This document shows positions 60,648 through 64,000 of a DNA stretch of 64,000 nt, piece by piece; the stretch's first letter is position 1; every line of letters begins with the position of its first letter. The stretch is from NCBI GenBank assembly GCA_963729605.1, contig CAVSNY010000007.1, forward strand, positions 1,312,001 through 1,376,000, read 5' to 3'. A program made the translations under genes and the position numbers. Source of the stretch: an uncultured Gammaproteobacteria bacterium (lineage in GTDB: Bacteria; Pseudomonadota; Gammaproteobacteria; DRLM01). The notes under the pieces were generated by a model. That model did not search any database and was not told where the DNA came from. It saw nothing but the letters and a program-made list of their open reading frames with translations.

Positions 60648-63600
60648 ATGAAACTGCATTTTGAACCCAACCTCGACTATCAGTTGCAGGCCATCGAAGC
60701 GGTCTGCGACCTATTCCGTGGCCAGGAGGTTTGCCGCACCGAGTTCACGGTGACGATGAAGGCGCCGACGCCGCCGGGTACGGACCTGTTTCCCGGTACA
60801 CAGCCTGAGCAAATGACGCTGGGCATGGCCGAGTCCGATTTAGGGGTCGGCAACCGTCTGACCCTGCTGGATGATGAGCTGCACAAGAATCTGGCGGAGA
60901 TCCAGCTGCGCGGCGGCCTTCCGCCCTCCGGCGCGCTGGCGTCTGGCGATTTCACCGTGGAGATGGAAACCGGGACGGGCAAGACCTACGTCTACCTGCG
61001 CACAATCTTTGAGCTGAACAAGCGCTATGGCTTCAGTAAGTTCGTGATTGTGGTGCCTTCCGTGGCGATCAAGGAGGGCGTCTACAAGACCCTGCAGATC
61101 ACCGAGGATCACTTCAAGGGGCTCTACGCGGGAGTTCCTTTCGACTACTTCCTGTACGACTCCAACAAGCTCGGGCAGGTGCGCAACTTTGCCACCAGCT
61201 CGAACATCCAGATCATGGTGGTGACGGTCGGCGCCATCAACAAGAAGGACGTGAACAACCTCTATAAGGACAGCGAGAAGACCGGCGGAGAAAAGCCTAT
61301 TGATCTGATCAAGGCGACCCGGCCCATCGTCATCGTGGACGAACCCCAGAGTGTGGATGGTGGCCTCGAGGGGCGCGGCAAAGAGGCTCTGGATGCGATG
61401 AATCCACTCTGCACGCTGCGCTATTCCGCGACCCACGTAAACAAGCATCACATGGTGTTTCGCCTCGACGCAGTCGATGCCTACGAGCGCAAGCTGGTGA
61501 AGCAGATCGAGGTGGCCTCGGCTATGGTGGAGGATGCGCACAACAAGCCTTTTGTGCGCTTTGTGGCCCCGATTACGCGAGGAAAAAGTGTAGTAGGTGC
61601 AAGGGTCGAGCTTGATGTGCTTGAAAGTGGGAAAGTAAAACGCACTATCAAAGAGGTGCAGCCCTACGATTTACTGGAGCAACTGACCAAGCGGGACATC
61701 TATAAGGATTACATGATCGGTGTCGAGATCATCGCCAAAAAAGGTGAAGAGCTGATGGAGCTACGTTACCCCGGTGGTGAAGTTTTCTTGAAGCCGGGTC
61801 AAGCCCACGGTGATGTGGATGCGCTGGCCGTGCAGCGTGAAATGATCCGTCGCACGATTCGCGAACATCTGGACAAGGAAAAGCGCCTGCGACCGTTGGG
61901 CATCAAGGTTCTGTCGCTATTTTTCATCGATGCGGTGGACAGGTACCGCCAGTACGATGCGGACGGCAATCCGGTCAAAGGTGACTACGCGCGCATCTTT
62001 GAAGAGGAGTATCGGCGTGCCGCCAAGCTGCCGGCCTACCAGAGCCTCTTCGCCGAGATCGACCTGGACTCCGCCGCAGTGGAAGTGCACAACGGCTATT
62101 TTTCCATCGACAAGAAGGGGGGGTGGACAGACACCGCCGAGAACAATGCGGGTAACCGCGAGAATGCCGAGCGCGCCTACAACCTGATCATGAAGGAGAA
62201 GGAAAAGCTACTGTCCTTCGACACGTCGCTCAAGTTCATCTTCTCCCACTCGGCCCTCAAGGAGGGCTGGGACAACCCGAATGTGTTCCAGATATGCACC
62301 CTGCGAGACATCCAGACCGAGCGCGAGCGTCGTCAGACCATCGGCCGCGGATTGCGTTTGTGCGTGAATCAGCACGGTGAGCGGGTACGGGGCTTCGAGG
62401 TCAACACCCTGACCGTAGTGGCTACGGAGAACTACGAGCAATTCGCCGAAAACCTGCAGAAAGAGATCGAGGCGGATACCGGCATACGTTTTGGCATTGT
62501 CGAGCATCACCAGTTTGCCGCAATTGCCGTGACGGCTCCGGACGGAAAGACCGTGCCCTTGGGCGTCGAGCAATCCAAGGCGTTGTGGGAGCATCTGAAG
62601 GCCGCCGGCCACATTGACGCCAAGGGCAAGGTGCAGGATTCGCTGAAAAAAGCGCTCAAGGAAGGCACCCTGGTGCTGCCTGCCGAGTTTGATGCCCAGA
62701 AGGGCCAGATTGCCGAGGTGCTGCGCAAGGTATCGGGCCGCCTGGAAATCAAGAATGCCGATGAGCGCAAACAGGTTCCTCTGCGCAAAGGCGAGGATGG
62801 CAAGGCGATATACCTGAGTGACGAGTTCAAGGCGCTGTGGGATCGCATCAAACATCAAACCACCTATCGCGTTCAATTTGACAACCCCAAGCTGATCTCT
62901 GATTGCATCAGCGCCTTGCAAAAGGCACCTGCGATTGCCAAAGCGCGCCTGCAATGGCGAAAGGCCGATATCGCCATTGGCAAGGCGGGCGTTCAAGCGA
63001 CCGAGAAAGCGGGTGCAGCGACGGTGGTGCTGGATGAAACGGATATTGAGCTGCCGGACTTGCTGACGGACCTGCAGGATCGAACCCATCTAACCCGCCG
63101 CACCATCACCAGTATCCTGACCGGAAGTGGTCGCCTGGACGACTTCAAGCGTAACCCGCAGCAGTTCATCGAGCTGGCCGCCGAGACCATCAACCGCTGC
63201 AAACGGATGGCCCTGGTCGACGGCATTAAGTACCAGAAGTTGGGCGACCAGCACGTCTACGCGCAGGAGCTGTTCGAGAAGGAAGAACTCACCGGCTATC
63301 TCAAGAACATGCTGATGGACACCCACAAATCGATCTACGAGCACGTGGTGTACGACTCGACCACGGAGCGAGATTTTGCGGATGCGCTGGAGAAGAATGA
63401 TGCAATCAATCTGTATGCCAAGCTGCCAAGTTGGTTCAAGGTTCCAACCCCACTAGGTAGCTACAACCCCGACTGGGCCGTGCTGGTGGAGGAAGACGGC
63501 ACGCAGCGTCTTTACTTCGTGGTGGAAACCAAGAGCAGTCTGTTTACCGATGACCTGCGGGACAAGGAGAGCGCCAAGATCGAATGCGGCAAAGCGCATT

Positions 63601-63689
63601 TCCACGCATTGGCGGTTGGTGAGAATCCGGCACGTTACGTAGTCGCGCGTTCAGTTGGCGACCTGTTGACGGAAGCGGTCAAGGGATAA
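60648..63689 (+). CDS. res: Type III R-M restriction subunit Res
   Basis: METGTGKT, IVDEPQ, LRYSAT, SALKEGWDNPNVFQIC, Q.IGRGLR; nuclease motif YNPDWA...VVETK. Confidence 0.93.
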   Translation: MKLHFEPNLDYQLQAIEAVCDLFRGQEVCRTEFTVTMKAPTPPGTDLFPGTQPEQMTLGMAESDLGVGNRLTLLDDELHKNLAEIQLRGGLPPSGALASGDFTVEMETGTGKTYVYLRTIFELNKRYGFSKFVIVVPSVAIKEGVYKTLQITEDHFKGLYAGVPFDYFLYDSNKLGQVRNFATSSNIQIMVVTVGAINKKDVNNLYKDSEKTGGEKPIDLIKATRPIVIVDEPQSVDGGLEGRGKEALDAMNPLCTLRYSATHVNKHHMVFRLDAVDAYERKLVKQIEVASAMVEDAHNKPFVRFVAPITRGKSVVGARVELDVLESGKVKRTIKEVQPYDLLEQLTKRDIYKDYMIGVEIIAKKGEELMELRYPGGEVFLKPGQAHGDVDALAVQREMIRRTIREHLDKEKRLRPLGIKVLSLFFIDAVDRYRQYDADGNPVKGDYARIFEEEYRRAAKLPAYQSLFAEIDLDSAAVEVHNGYFSIDKKGGWTDTAENNAGNRENAERAYNLIMKEKEKLLSFDTSLKFIFSHSALKEGWDNPNVFQICTLRDIQTERERRQTIGRGLRLCVNQHGERVRGFEVNTLTVVATENYEQFAENLQKEIEADTGIRFGIVEHHQFAAIAVTAPDGKTVPLGVEQSKALWEHLKAAGHIDAKGKVQDSLKKALKEGTLVLPAEFDAQKGQIAEVLRKVSGRLEIKNADERKQVPLRKGEDGKAIYLSDEFKALWDRIKHQTTYRVQFDNPKLISDCISALQKAPAIAKARLQWRKADIAIGKAGVQATEKAGAATVVLDETDIELPDLLTDLQDRTHLTRRTITSILTGSGRLDDFKRNPQQFIELAAETINRCKRMALVDGIKYQKLGDQHVYAQELFEKEELTGYLKNMLMDTHKSIYEHVVYDSTTERDFADALEKNDAINLYAKLPSWFKVPTPLGSYNPDWAVLVEEDGTQRLYFVVETKSSLFTDDLRDKESAKIECGKAHFHALAVGENPARYVVARSVGDLLTEAVKG

Positions 63690-63703
63690 GCGGGAGGAAG
63701 AGC

Positions 63704-64000
63704 ATGGCGTTAAATTTAAGACAGGCAGTGGTCGGCTTCCTCAAGGATCGTGCGGAGCAGAAGTTCACTGCGCGGCAGATTGCGGAGTGGCTATTCGAAA
63801 CATTCCCCGAGGAGTGTCATGAAAAACGGGCCAACAGCCGGGGCGACTACATCAAGTCCGATGCTGATCTGGTGCAGCAGCTTGTCGCGGAAATCAGCTC
63901 GCAGCGCCCGCGCTTGCAGAAGAAGCATCCAGAGCTCAAGACGACCGAGGGCCGCCCACGGAAGTACTACTACTCCGAAAAGTCAGACGGTGCCGAGGTG
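63704..64000 (+). CDS. HrgA/COG2958-like protein, N-terminal part (runs off the window)
   Basis: MALNLRQAVVGFLKDRAEQKFTARQIAEWLFETFPEECHEK...LVQQLVAEISSQRP...TTEGRPRKYYY; GGAGG RBS. Confidence 0.65.
   Translation, partial: MALNLRQAVVGFLKDRAEQKFTARQIAEWLFETFPEECHEKRANSRGDYIKSDADLVQQLVAEISSQRPRLQKKHPELKTTEGRPRKYYYSEKSDGAEV

Overview
Chromosomal window from a GC-rich proteobacterium (probably a Gammaproteobacterium; inferred from gene content and codon style only), in four blocks. (1) 1-11.6 kb, AT-richer: 3' end of an extracellular contractile injection system (eCIS, Afp/PVC-like) with a baseplate C-terminus, a tail-fibre-like gene, an Afp12-like baseplate, a 1692-aa tape measure and an Afp15-like AAA+ ATPase, followed by a membrane-anchored GH18-like protein that lacks the catalytic Glu. 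(2) 12-26 kb: an uncharacterised exported module (Tat metallophosphoesterase, SoxA/TsdA-like monohaem cytochrome c, DUF1566), then an iron/oxidative-stress cluster (two complementary bacterioferritins + bfd, a carnitine-acyltransferase-like gene lacking the catalytic His, photolyase, BCP, oxyR-rubrerythrin-rubredoxin-reductase, acnA). (3) 26-43.6 kb: accessory genes and remnants (RND pair, truncated nitB-like gene, pirin/LysR, AI-2E, DGC, LdhA, Fur-boxed TonB receptor-piuC). (4) 43.6-64 kb: a defence island with type I Wadjet (jetABCD) divergent from a BrxR/CapW-like WYL regulator. The regulator heads an SNF2 helicase-DUF4391-type III Mod/Res operon. Two modules are inserted into that operon: an AbiF-like HEPN toxin with its own promoter and a structured upstream RNA, and a Schlafen/AlbA_2-ATPase gene. 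The dense frameshifts in the SNF2 gene look like consensus artefacts. No rRNA, tRNA or CRISPR array was seen. Family assignments come from motif recognition, not database searches.
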